The notes under the pieces: generated by a model
Told to the model about the DNA's origin: nothing
Seen by the model: only the letters and a program-made list of their open reading frames with translations
The model's database searches: none
Shown here: positions 18,896 through 28,730 of the stretch, in pieces
Numbering within the stretch: position 1 is the stretch's first letter
How the letters are laid out: each line of letters opens with the position of its first letter
Position numbers and translations under genes: made by a program
Origin: Candidatus Eiseniibacteriota bacterium
GTDB taxonomy: Bacteria; Eisenbacteria; RBG-16-71-46; JACRLI01
Reading direction: 5' to 3'
DNA length: 64,000 nucleotides
NCBI GenBank assembly: GCA_025351485.1
Contig: JANXVU010000164.1
Coordinates: 438-64,437, forward strand

Positions 18896-20413
18896 TCACT
18901 TCCACGGCGGGTCCACTACCTGGTAGACCACCAGGTGGTCGCCGCCGCCGGTGGTGTTGTGGTGTTCGGACCGGTGGACCTCCCGGAGCCACGGCCGGCT
19001 CGAAATCGCGGGATACCATTCCGGAAAGAAGATGCAGTAGTCCGGGCGGGCCTCGGCCAGGAATTCCAGGATGACTTCCTCCCGCCCCGGCGCAGGCTGC
19101 ACCCGCCGGCTCCGCAGATGCAGTTCCACCAGCCTTGAAGAGATCAAACCTTCGGTGTCGATGCAGTAGCGCCCGCCCAGGTAGGTGATGGCGCCCACGT
19201 CGTTGGTGGCCACCCGCGCCCCGGATGGCAGGTGAGCGCGGACCCAGTCGCCGGTCTCCACCTGCAGCGACAAGATGGTGTCCACGTCGGCCAGGTAGAT
19301 GTCGTGCGCCAGTACGAAGCCCCGCAACCCGCCCGGCAGCAGCGCCAGGGCCAGGGAAGCCCCGGCGACTGCGCGCGCCGAAGCGCCGCGCAGCCGCGTC
19401 ACGATCCACTCCGCCGCCCCCATCGCCAGCAGGAACTGGAACGGGATCAGCGGAATGCTGTACCGGGACATGCTGAAGTGCCGCGGGTAGAGCGCCATGG
19501 AATAGATCCAGAACGCCACCGGCCACCATGCCACGACTCCCGCGCGCTCGCGCGCGTGCCGCCACATCCAGGCCACGAGCCCCGGCACCAGGAGGACAGC
19601 CATGATCGCGTTGTCCTGCCACGCCCACGCCAGCATCCGCGGGAGATACCGGGACCGCTCCTGCCCCAGGATCCCATCCAGGGCCGGAAGCAGGCTCTTG
19701 GCGTAAAAGGTGTTGGGCAGCGGCCGGCCGGTGGTGGCCAGACAGAAGAGGGCGTAGGGAATCAGGAGCGCGATCAGCGTGGCCGCGTAGGCCAGGGCGT
19801 CGGTCCCCGCGCCGTGCCTGTTCGCGGCCGGGCGGGAGCGAAGGACTTCCATCGAGCCCACGATCGCGGCCAGGATCAGCATCTCCGGACGGGCTGCCAC
19901 GGCAAGCCCCGCGACCGCTCCCAGCAAGATCCCGCGGCGCCATCCCCGCCATTCCGCCATCTGGGCGCGCACCAGCAGCAGCGAAAGCGCGGCGGCCAGG
20001 CACGTCTCCATGCCCGAGAGCCCCGCCCACACCATTCGTCCGCATGCGGCCGTGCAGGTTCCCGCGAAGATCGCCGGCAACAGGGGCAGGCCCGCCGCGA
20101 GGCCGACCTCGAAGGTGAGCACGGCCGCGGCCGACATGGAAGCCATTCCCAGTCCGAGCGCCAGCCACTCGGCGCGCACGCCCAGGGTGTTGCCGAGCGC
20201 CAGCAGCAGCACCCAAAGCGGACTGGTCGCGCCAGGCGAGGGCTCCCCCGGGTTGAACGAAAAGCCCGCCCCGTGCGCCAGGTTCCGCGCGTACTGGAAG
20301 TGGATATACGGGTCGTCCATCGGAAAGCCCGGCCGCCCAAAGCCGGCCAGCTCATCCCGCAGGAACCACGCCGCCAGGGCCGCGGCCAGCACGGCGATGC
20401 CGGCCCGCGCCAC
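18896..20413 (-). CDS. GT-C fold membrane glycosyltransferase (ArnT/AftB-like)
   Basis: 'DDPYIHFQYARNLA.G.GFSFNPGE...TSPLW', 'SGMET', 'RPE', 'PNTFYAK'. Confidence 0.75.
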   Translation of the reverse strand: MARAGIAVLAAALAAWFLRDELAGFGRPGFPMDDPYIHFQYARNLAHGAGFSFNPGEPSPGATSPLWVLLLALGNTLGVRAEWLALGLGMASMSAAAVLTFEVGLAAGLPLLPAIFAGTCTAACGRMVWAGLSGMETCLAAALSLLLVRAQMAEWRGWRRGILLGAVAGLAVAARPEMLILAAIVGSMEVLRSRPAANRHGAGTDALAYAATLIALLIPYALFCLATTGRPLPNTFYAKSLLPALDGILGQERSRYLPRMLAWAWQDNAIMAVLLVPGLVAWMWRHARERAGVVAWWPVAFWIYSMALYPRHFSMSRYSIPLIPFQFLLAMGAAEWIVTRLRGASARAVAGASLALALLPGGLRGFVLAHDIYLADVDTILSLQVETGDWVRAHLPSGARVATNDVGAITYLGGRYCIDTEGLISSRLVELHLRSRRVQPAPGREEVILEFLAEARPDYCIFFPEWYPAISSRPWLREVHRSEHHNTTGGGDHLVVYQVVDPPWK

Positions 20414-20729
20414 GAGGCGCGGAAGCGGTCTCTTGAACGCTGGGGCGCCCGCGGCGGGGACGGATGTGGGTGCGGCGGCCAGTGCCAGGAATCCTCCTTG
20501 TGAAATTCGATCCCCGCCATCATAGCGGACCCGGCCAAGGGGTAAAGAGCGGGCTGAACGTGGATCGGGATTGTCGCCGACAACGAAGGTTCACCCGTCG
20601 CCCCGCGCCCGCGGCGGCGCCGCGGCCTGCAAGTCCGCATGCTCTTGGGGTCGCGGGCGATTCCGCGGGCTGGCCCACTCCTTGCCATTCTTCTCCATTG
20701 CCCCACGCGCTCCTCCCCGGTGTCCCAAG

Positions 20730-21722
20730 ATGCGCGCAATCCCGCTGTTCATTCTTTTCGCGTGGCTTGTTCCCGCTCCCGTGCAAGCGGAGGGCGCGGC
20801 GGACTTCTTGTTGATGGGCTTCGGCGCCCGCTCTTTCGCGCTGGGCGACGGCATGCTCGCCTCCGAGCAGGACGCGTCCGCCATCTACTGGAATCCAGCC
20901 CTCCTGGCCCGCGCCGGGTGGCGCTCGGCCGAGGCGATGCACGCGGAGAGCTTCGCGGGCGCCGAAGGCTACGACGCCTTCGCCATCGCGGTGCCGGTGG
21001 GCACCGGCGGGGAGGCGGTCTCGCTCGGATTGCTCCGCCTGGCGGTGGACCACATCCCCGACACGGGCAATTTCAGATTTGACGACAACGGAGCGGACGG
21101 GCTCCCCGGCACGCACGATTCCGGCGAGGGCAATGGCCGGTGGGATCCGGGCGAGCCGGTGACGGCGGATCCCTCCGCGGTGCGCTGGCGCTCCGACGTG
21201 GAGTGGGCGCTGCTGGCCGGTTACGCCCGCCCGCTGGGCGCCCGCGGGGCCGTGGGGGTGTGCGCCAAGCTGGTCCGGCAGAGCCTGGCGGGCCAGGGCG
21301 CCTCGGGCCTGGGATTCGACGTGGGCGCCCACTGGGCCGGCCCCGCGGGGCTCGAGTTCGCCGCCCGGGCACGGGACCTCACCAGCACCCGCATTTCCTG
21401 GGACACCGGTGCGCGCGAAAGAATCGGTCCCAGCCTGGGACTCGCCGCGGGCCGGGAGATGCCGGCGGGTCCGCAGGCCCATCTGAAAGTTTCGCTGGAG
21501 GGATCTCTGGGCCGCTGGGACCTGGCCGGCGGTCGCTCCGAGTGGCACGCAGGGCTGGAGTACGCGTGGCGAGAACTGATCTTTCTGCGCGCCGGCTCCT
21601 CCAGCGGAGATGCCGGATTCGGAGCCGGCCTTGGCCTGCGCGGATTCCGCGTGGACTACGCCACCCGTCCTTTTCATCCACTCGGGGCGAGCCACCGGCT
21701 TTCGGCGCTCGCCCGCTGGTAA
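20730..21722 (+). CDS. PorV/PorQ-family outer-membrane beta-barrel
   Basis: Signal peptide; 'FLLMGFGARSFALG...DASAIYWNPALL', 'GLEY...LRAG...GAGL...VDYA...LGASHRLS'. Confidence 0.8.
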   Translation: MRAIPLFILFAWLVPAPVQAEGAADFLLMGFGARSFALGDGMLASEQDASAIYWNPALLARAGWRSAEAMHAESFAGAEGYDAFAIAVPVGTGGEAVSLGLLRLAVDHIPDTGNFRFDDNGADGLPGTHDSGEGNGRWDPGEPVTADPSAVRWRSDVEWALLAGYARPLGARGAVGVCAKLVRQSLAGQGASGLGFDVGAHWAGPAGLEFAARARDLTSTRISWDTGARERIGPSLGLAAGREMPAGPQAHLKVSLEGSLGRWDLAGGRSEWHAGLEYAWRELIFLRAGSSSGDAGFGAGLGLRGFRVDYATRPFHPLGASHRLSALARW

Positions 21723-21732
21723 GGGGGAAATC

Positions 21733-23433
21733 ATGAACGTACGCAGGATCTGCGCGATCATCCTGGTGGGCCTGGCTTGGGTGCGGGGCGCCTTCGCGCT
21801 TCCAGCCAGCATCTCGGCGGGCACCGGTCCCGGAACACCCGGGGCGCTGGTCGCCACGCGCGACGATGGCGGCAGGATCGGGCTATGGGACTCGAAGGGA
21901 GCGTCCGTGCCGGGGTGGCCCGTCGCGGCGTCCGGCGCCTGGCCGGTTGGAACTCCGCGGCTCCAGGACCTCGACGGCGATGGCCGGCCGGAGGTGGTGT
22001 GCCTGATGAAGTCCGCGGACGGAAGCCGGACCCTGCGCGCCTGGCGCCTCGACGGGCTCACCCTGGCCGGATACGCGCCCATGCAGGCGCCCGCGGACAT
22101 GGACGACACCCCGCAATCCGGGGACATCGAGCGGCGCGGTGGGCCCGACTGGGTGTGGCCCACCCGGTCCGGCGAGGTGGCGGCATCGATGGTGGGGGAT
22201 CCGATGCATCCGCGCCCTGGATTCCCGGTCTCGGTGGGCGGAAGTGGTCGGCTGCGCCTGCGCCTCGCCGACGTGGATGGCGATGGCGTGCCGGAGGTGC
22301 TGGGAGGGGTGGAAGCAGGCGCAGCCGGCCGGTGGTTCGTCCTTGGCGCGCTCGGCGGCGATCCCACCGCGTTCGTGCAGGGCTCCAGTTTCCCGGTCAC
22401 CTCGCCCCCAGCGCCCGCGCAACTGGTCCCCGGGGGCACTCCGGAACTGCTGGTGAGCATGCGCGGCCGCCTCGAGGCCCGCGCCTCGGATGGGCTGCGC
22501 GGGTACAACATGCTGCCCGGATGGCCGGTGAATGCGGGGCCCGTCTCGGGCGGCGCGCTCAGCCTGCTCATCGATCCACAACGGCGGGTCCTGGCGAGTT
22601 CTCCCGAAGGGCGGCTGGCGGTCTATTCGTCCGAAGGCGAACTGCTGCGGGACTGGCCCGGGGAAGCGTGCCTGGGCTCGGCGGTGTCCCAGGCGGAAGC
22701 GGACACGCTCGGGGGTGTGGTCGCGCACCCGGGGGGATGCCTGCTGCGGATGGAATCGGATGCGGGAAACGACTCGACCGGCCGCCCCAGGCTTTTCACC
22801 CGGGTGCTCGGCGATCGGCACCACGGAGTGGGAACCCCGGCGCCGGTCGGGTTGCTCCCGTCTTCCAGGCTGCGGATCTGGATCAACGGCCGGGAGGCCT
22901 CCGGAAGCTCCTCGCTCACGGTGTCGGGCGGACGACTCCGATTTCACGCGGCGCTCGACGACCCGGTGGTTGCCGGCCGGCCCGAGATGGAGATGCGGGT
23001 GATGCGTGGCACGACTGCGCTCGGAAGCTGCCGGGGCCGCGACGCCATGGATCTCACGCTGGAGCTCCAGGGCGGCGACTACCTGGCCGTGGCCACGGCG
23101 CGCTCCGACACGCTGGCCCACGCGGCCTTCCGGGTGGAATCCGAGCTCACCCTGGAGAACCTGTGGTTCTACCCGAGCCCCATGCGGGAGCGCGGCGACA
23201 TCCTGATGGACCTGGGCCAGGACGCCCAGGTGCGCGCCGAAATCTACACCGTGGCCGGGCGGCGCGTGCGCGCGCTGGAGGCCGCGCTGCCGGCCGGGCA
23301 CGCGCAGCTTTCCTGGGATGGGCGCGACGGCCTCGGTGCGCCCGTCTCCAACGGCGTCTATTTCGTGCGGGTCCAGGCCCGATCAGGCAACCGGAACGTG
23401 GAATCCATGACCAGGCTGATTCGTCTCAACTGA
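21733..23433 (+). CDS. Secreted FG-GAP/VCBS-repeat protein with C-terminal FlgD-Ig domain
   Basis: 'DLDGDGRPEVV', 'DVDGDGVPEV', repeated 'PGWPV/PGFPV', C-terminal 'IYTVAGRRVR...WDG...NGVYFVR'. Confidence 0.75.
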   Translation: MNVRRICAIILVGLAWVRGAFALPASISAGTGPGTPGALVATRDDGGRIGLWDSKGASVPGWPVAASGAWPVGTPRLQDLDGDGRPEVVCLMKSADGSRTLRAWRLDGLTLAGYAPMQAPADMDDTPQSGDIERRGGPDWVWPTRSGEVAASMVGDPMHPRPGFPVSVGGSGRLRLRLADVDGDGVPEVLGGVEAGAAGRWFVLGALGGDPTAFVQGSSFPVTSPPAPAQLVPGGTPELLVSMRGRLEARASDGLRGYNMLPGWPVNAGPVSGGALSLLIDPQRRVLASSPEGRLAVYSSEGELLRDWPGEACLGSAVSQAEADTLGGVVAHPGGCLLRMESDAGNDSTGRPRLFTRVLGDRHHGVGTPAPVGLLPSSRLRIWINGREASGSSSLTVSGGRLRFHAALDDPVVAGRPEMEMRVMRGTTALGSCRGRDAMDLTLELQGGDYLAVATARSDTLAHAAFRVESELTLENLWFYPSPMRERGDILMDLGQDAQVRAEIYTVAGRRVRALEAALPAGHAQLSWDGRDGLGAPVSNGVYFVRVQARSGNRNVESMTRLIRLN

Positions 23434-23451
23434 CGGTGGGAGGGGGGAACG

Positions 23452-26400
23452 ATGGGTGGTGGTTGGGTGAAAGGCGTGGTCGCCCTGGCGGCGGCCGCGG
23501 CGCTGGTGGCCACGGCGCGCGCGGAAGAACCGGGCGAGATGCGGGACGTCCGCGGATTCGACCTGGCCGGAGACACGCAGACGATCGGCCCGGGGGAGAC
23601 CGTCGGACTGTTCCAGGGGAGCCCCTCCTACCGGCAACTCCTGTTGCGGTGGCCGGAGCCGGAAGGGCAGGAACTGGCGCTGACGCTGGAGTACTCGGGC
23701 GCGGTGGAGCACCGGCGGTTCGACTTTCGTTCCACTTCGGGCTACGTGAACGCCCCCGGCGTTTTCGGGGAATGGAGCCTGTGCCTGGACGGCCACGCCG
23801 TGTGGACCGGCAACCTGGCGCCCTATCTGTTCAACGGCGAGCTCCCGGGAGTGCCGCACCGCGACTCGAGCGGGCAGCCCGTGGACGGCTGCTGGCGCAC
23901 CTGCGGATTCGGCGTGTGCGACCTGGCCTACTCCTCGGGAGGCTCCAGCGGCGACGTGGAGTTGCTGGGTTCCGGCGGGGCCCTGGTCCAGTTCGGCTAC
24001 CCCGGGAACAATCCCGCCGCAGGAAATCCGTGCATGCTGCCGAACGACCCTTCGCTCTCCTGGCGGGCCCAGCTCGCTCCGCCGGCCGGCAGCGGCCGGT
24101 CGCTCACGGTGAAGAAGCCCGACGGTTCCACCTGGCGCTTCGACGAAGTTCCGCTCACCCTCTACTGGCCGGGCTACCTCTACAACGTGAGCCAGGGTCC
24201 GCGCGCCTTCCGCCTGGCCTACGCCTCCAGCCTGAGCGGGGCCTTCGAGGCGCACATAAACTACGAGTACGCCGATTCGCTCCCCGGCCGGTGCGGCGGA
24301 CTGCATCCCACCGCCATCCGCATCACCGACCAGGTAGGCCGGTCCATGGAGATACGCGTGGACCAGCCTTCCGCGGGCGGATCCTGCGAGGTGACGGTGC
24401 TCTCCAGCACTTCGCCCGCGGCGCAGTGGCTGGAGTTCACCGAACGGAGTTACGCGGACCCGGCTTTCCACGTCCGGCGCAGCTATCTGTTCGACCTCGA
24501 CTCGTGGACCGATCGCGCGGGCCGCGTGACCCGCTTCCGGTACGAAAACGACGACCGGCAGGAGGCTTTCTCCAACAACTGTTCCGACACGCTGCTGATC
24601 CGGGCGCGCCGGCTGGCGGAGGTGGACTATCCGACCGGGGGTAGCTCCAGCTATCTCTACGCTCCGCTTCCCGCCACACGCCCCGCCTGTCCGGATCCCA
24701 GGTACCGTTACCAGGATTCCGCATGGCGCTCCATGGGCCGGACGCCCGCCCTGCACCCCATGACCCGGCGGGTGGAGGTCCGGGAAAGCGGCGGCGCGGC
24801 CCCGGTGCAAACGGTGGATTTTGCGTACTGGTGGAACTCCTCTCCGGCCGTGGGAGACCCGCTGGAATCGGAGGGCTATCGCTACCATACGTTAGTGTCC
24901 CTGGACCGCTCGGGCCCACCGATTCCCCGGCCGCTCCGCCCGCTCTCGATTGCTTCGGCGCAGGGAGTGTCGGTGGACTACGAGTTCATCAAGATCCCGC
25001 ACCAGCCGCAGACGCATGGGGGGCCATCCTACAACCGATGGGCGCCGCGGGAGCTCACCGCCTCCCTCACGCTTGCCTCGGGGGAGACCCACACGCTGCT
25101 GTGTGCCTATGACGCCGTGGCATCGGGGTCTGGATATGCGGGCACGCTGCTGCCGGTCTCGCGAACCTGCCGCGTGACCTCGGTGCTTGGAACGGCGGAG
25201 TACACCACCAGCGTTGGTCACGACAGCCTCGCGCGCGTGACGTTCTTCACCGATCCCTCCGGCGCGCGCCACCAGCTGGACTATGACGAGGATCCGTCGC
25301 TCCACTCACCCTGGGCGGCGAGCGGGCACTATTCCGTGCGGTTGCTTGCGCGGGAGCGGACGTATTCGGCCTCGACGGGGGCGCTTCTCGCCGAGGACTG
25401 GAGCGATCGGGAGCCGCTGCTGGGAAGGGTCATGGCCAGCCACCGGCGCCTGGATCCCGCTCGCGTGGCCACCACCACCTACGCCTACGATCCGGAGATT
25501 CCCTGGAGGGTGGTCCGGGCCGACGGCCCTGCCGGTGAGACCGCGGAGTTCAGCTACGGAGCGGAGCTCATCCCCAACACGCTCGGCTGGGCGGGATCAC
25601 CCGGCGAGGAGGTCCCGGCGCGCATCACGCTGCGCCCGTCCGCGCAGGGCGCCCGGGTGTTCTTCCAGGGGTTCGACGGGGAGGGCCGCCTGCTGCGCAC
25701 CGCCGATGGATCCGGCCACATGACCTCCCGCGGCTACGACGGGGACGGCCGCCCGCGCACGCTGGCCTTTCCCGGGGATGTCATGACCGGCCCGCCGCCC
25801 CCCGAAGGGAAGTTCCAGCCGCAGCTTCCGCCCTACGATCTCACGCCCTGGCCGTCCGGAGTGCGCACGTACTACGACGCTCCGGGCAATTCCTCGGTGC
25901 GGTCCACGTTCTACTCGGCGATGTCGGACAGCCTGCCCACGCAGTCGCTGCGGGACGGGCTGGGGCGGCTCCGCCTGCGCCGGTTCGTGGGAGGGCCGCA
26001 GGGCGCGCCCGAGAGTTTCGAGTACGACGCCTTCGGGCGCCTGTCCGTGGCCCACGATCCGGCGGGGGGCGAATGGAGCTACTCCCACGACGAACTGGGC
26101 CGCCTGACCGCGATGGGGGACGCCGGCGGGAACTCGAACCAGTTCGATTTTCATACCGTCCCTGACCTCGGCGCCTGGGGGGTCGTGCTTGATCCGGCGA
26201 TTCCTCGCGGATACCTGGAGGCGCGGATCGCCCACATGGCCGGCGGGGCGGGCGCCATCCGGGCCGTGGATGCGGCCGGCCGCCTGCGGGTGACGGCGGT
26301 GCTGCCTTTCGGATCCAACGTCCCGGTGGGCATGCAGTCCTTCGAGTACGACGAGACCGGCAATCTCACTGCGCTGCATGCCGCCGAGGGCCTCACCACC

Positions 26401-28653
26401 CGGGCGGACTACGACATGGCGGGGCATCTGCGGCACTCCCGCGGGGCCGATGGCGGTGGGCGCGCCTGGATCTACGATCTTGCGGGCCGGCCGGTTTTTG
26501 CCCAGGACGAGAACGGCGTGGGCCGCGGAAGCTGGACCTACTTTCGGTACGACGCCACGGGGAGGCTCCTGGAGGAGGGCAACGCGAGCGCATCCTCCGA
26601 GCCCCAGCTGCAGGCCCTGGCGGACGCGGGGCAGCTGCCTTCGGGAGCCTCCTGGCAGTTCCGGTACACGTACGATTCGTCCGCGGACCCGAACGGTGAG
26701 GGGGCGCTGACCCGGGTAGAGACCCGCCTCGCCGGCGCCTCCATCGACGCCGTGGATCTCCAGCACGATGCTCGCGGACGGGTCATCCGGAAGGATATGT
26801 CGTTTGCCGGGCTGGCCCGAGCGCTCATCGTGAGGTACGCCTACGACCGGCAGGGCCGCCGGACGGCGGTCACCTATCCCGATGGCCGCGCCGCGAACTT
26901 CACCTACGACCGCTCGCTCGGGGGCATCGCGGGAATATCGATCGGATCGCTTTCCATGGTGGCGGTGACCTCCGATGGGGCCGGGCGCCCATCGCAGGTT
27001 CGAAACGGCGCGGTGAGCGAGTCGCGCCAGTACGGGCCACGCGGGGAGCTCGTTGGCCTGGACGCGCGGATTGGCGGGCTCGTGCGCTTCGGCGAATGGC
27101 TCCAGCAGGATACGGACGGCCGCCTGGCGCATCGATCCACCCTCACGGACAGCCGCTGGGACATCTCTCGCGACGACGCCTCGCGTATCTCCGGGGTGCG
27201 CTTCGCCGACGAAGGCGGCGCGCCCTCCCTGGAGTACCGCTACACCGCCGGGGGAGACCTGGATTCCGTTGCATCGGACCTGGTGGGGCACCGCGCCACG
27301 TGGAGCGCCCACCGCCTGCTGGAGTGGTCCCGCGCCCCGCTCGGGCGCGACGTGTTCTTCTATGATCCTCACGGAAACCTGGCTCGCCGGATCCGGCTGC
27401 TGGGCACCGACACGCTGGGCACGCTGGACCTGCGCTGGTCCTCGCGGAACGAACTGCTCGCGGTAACCGGTTGCGCGGACGGCCGCTGTGATTCGGCCAC
27501 CTACGCCTGCGACGCCTGGGGAGGCCGCAGCCGGAAGACCTGCGCGGGTTCGCGAACACTTCTGGTGCGGGACGAGTCCGGGGACCTGCTCGCGGAGATC
27601 GACTCCGCCGGCAACACCGTGCGCGATTACGTGCGCGCCCGGGGCCGGCTCTACGGGTTTATCCGCCAGGACGGTTCCTACACCGCCTGCGTGCAGGACG
27701 CGCTGGGATCGGTTCGGCTCGGGGTGGATGCGGACGGGGCGGTGCGATTCAGGCAGGACTATCTGCCCTACGGAGAGCTCAGCCACGCCGAGTATGCGGA
27801 ACGGCCATCGGTGGGCTATCTGGGCGCGGAGCAGGACGCGGAGACCGGATTCTGCTACTTCAAGAACAGGCTCTACGATCCAGGGACCGCGCGGTTTCTA
27901 TCGCCCGACCCGCTGCGCTCGGCGGGCCTTCCCGAATATGCCTACGCGCTGGGGGATCCGCTCACCTTCGTGGACGCGGACGGTCTGGCGCCCGACGGGA
28001 TCGATTCCGAGATCAAGCCGTCGTTCTCCCTGCCGGAACTCATCGTTCGGGCCCACGGAATGTCCGGGGAAGGGATGGCCCGATGGGTGATGCTGCGCCT
28101 TGCGCGCTCGGTGCGGAGCGGGGACGACTTTTCGGATCCCGGCCGGTCGCGCGAGCCATCGGAGCTCCGTCCGCCCGGTCCGGTTCGCGAGATCGCGCGC
28201 GATCTCGGAGGCGGGATCGAGTCGGCGGTGCACGCGCTCCGCCGCGCGGGCCTTCCCACCTCGGGGCTGGCCCGGGCGCCGGGGATCTCCGCGCTCACCG
28301 GGGCCGCCGGATCCGCGCTGCGGCATGCGCTCATCGCCCACGAGTTGATCGCGCTCGCCAAGGTCGCTCCGGCCATCGACCGCCTGCAGGGCCTCACCCC
28401 GGCGCAGCGGGATGCCCTGCGGCTCAAGGCCGGCGTGGTGCTGCTCTCCGAGCTCACGCTGGACTCGTTCACGCTGCTGGCGCTGGCGCTCGCCCCGGCA
28501 GGCGCGCACCACGCCGAAACGGTCGGTGGCCTGTTGGAGGGAAGAGGCGCCGTCTCCGACTACGCCGACCGGTTGCTGGAGGGAATCGTGCCCGGCTACG
28601 ACGACGTCTCGGTACTCGGCGACCTGGTCGAGGATGCCGGAGAGGAGCCCTGA
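23452..28653 (+). CDS. Secreted Rhs/YD-repeat protein with Rhs-associated core and 222-aa C-terminal tip
   Basis: Signal peptide (ending ATARA); many YDxxGR repeats; core 'YFKNRLYDPGTARFLSPDP...YAYALGDPLTFVDADG'. Confidence 0.88.
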   Translation: MGGGWVKGVVALAAAAALVATARAEEPGEMRDVRGFDLAGDTQTIGPGETVGLFQGSPSYRQLLLRWPEPEGQELALTLEYSGAVEHRRFDFRSTSGYVNAPGVFGEWSLCLDGHAVWTGNLAPYLFNGELPGVPHRDSSGQPVDGCWRTCGFGVCDLAYSSGGSSGDVELLGSGGALVQFGYPGNNPAAGNPCMLPNDPSLSWRAQLAPPAGSGRSLTVKKPDGSTWRFDEVPLTLYWPGYLYNVSQGPRAFRLAYASSLSGAFEAHINYEYADSLPGRCGGLHPTAIRITDQVGRSMEIRVDQPSAGGSCEVTVLSSTSPAAQWLEFTERSYADPAFHVRRSYLFDLDSWTDRAGRVTRFRYENDDRQEAFSNNCSDTLLIRARRLAEVDYPTGGSSSYLYAPLPATRPACPDPRYRYQDSAWRSMGRTPALHPMTRRVEVRESGGAAPVQTVDFAYWWNSSPAVGDPLESEGYRYHTLVSLDRSGPPIPRPLRPLSIASAQGVSVDYEFIKIPHQPQTHGGPSYNRWAPRELTASLTLASGETHTLLCAYDAVASGSGYAGTLLPVSRTCRVTSVLGTAEYTTSVGHDSLARVTFFTDPSGARHQLDYDEDPSLHSPWAASGHYSVRLLARERTYSASTGALLAEDWSDREPLLGRVMASHRRLDPARVATTTYAYDPEIPWRVVRADGPAGETAEFSYGAELIPNTLGWAGSPGEEVPARITLRPSAQGARVFFQGFDGEGRLLRTADGSGHMTSRGYDGDGRPRTLAFPGDVMTGPPPPEGKFQPQLPPYDLTPWPSGVRTYYDAPGNSSVRSTFYSAMSDSLPTQSLRDGLGRLRLRRFVGGPQGAPESFEYDAFGRLSVAHDPAGGEWSYSHDELGRLTAMGDAGGNSNQFDFHTVPDLGAWGVVLDPAIPRGYLEARIAHMAGGAGAIRAVDAAGRLRVTAVLPFGSNVPVGMQSFEYDETGNLTALHAAEGLTTRADYDMAGHLRHSRGADGGGRAWIYDLAGRPVFAQDENGVGRGSWTYFRYDATGRLLEEGNASASSEPQLQALADAGQLPSGASWQFRYTYDSSADPNGEGALTRVETRLAGASIDAVDLQHDARGRVIRKDMSFAGLARALIVRYAYDRQGRRTAVTYPDGRAANFTYDRSLGGIAGISIGSLSMVAVTSDGAGRPSQVRNGAVSESRQYGPRGELVGLDARIGGLVRFGEWLQQDTDGRLAHRSTLTDSRWDISRDDASRISGVRFADEGGAPSLEYRYTAGGDLDSVASDLVGHRATWSAHRLLEWSRAPLGRDVFFYDPHGNLARRIRLLGTDTLGTLDLRWSSRNELLAVTGCADGRCDSATYACDAWGGRSRKTCAGSRTLLVRDESGDLLAEIDSAGNTVRDYVRARGRLYGFIRQDGSYTACVQDALGSVRLGVDADGAVRFRQDYLPYGELSHAEYAERPSVGYLGAEQDAETGFCYFKNRLYDPGTARFLSPDPLRSAGLPEYAYALGDPLTFVDADGLAPDGIDSEIKPSFSLPELIVRAHGMSGEGMARWVMLRLARSVRSGDDFSDPGRSREPSELRPPGPVREIARDLGGGIESAVHALRRAGLPTSGLARAPGISALTGAAGSALRHALIAHELIALAKVAPAIDRLQGLTPAQRDALRLKAGVVLLSELTLDSFTLLALALAPAGAHHAETVGGLLEGRGAVSDYADRLLEGIVPGYDDVSVLGDLVEDAGEEP

Positions 28654-28730
28654 CCGCGGCGGGCGCGCGCCGCCCCGCGCGCCCGCCCTTGCTGGACTTT
28701 GCCCAAAGCCTCTGTTACCCTCCGCGTTCC

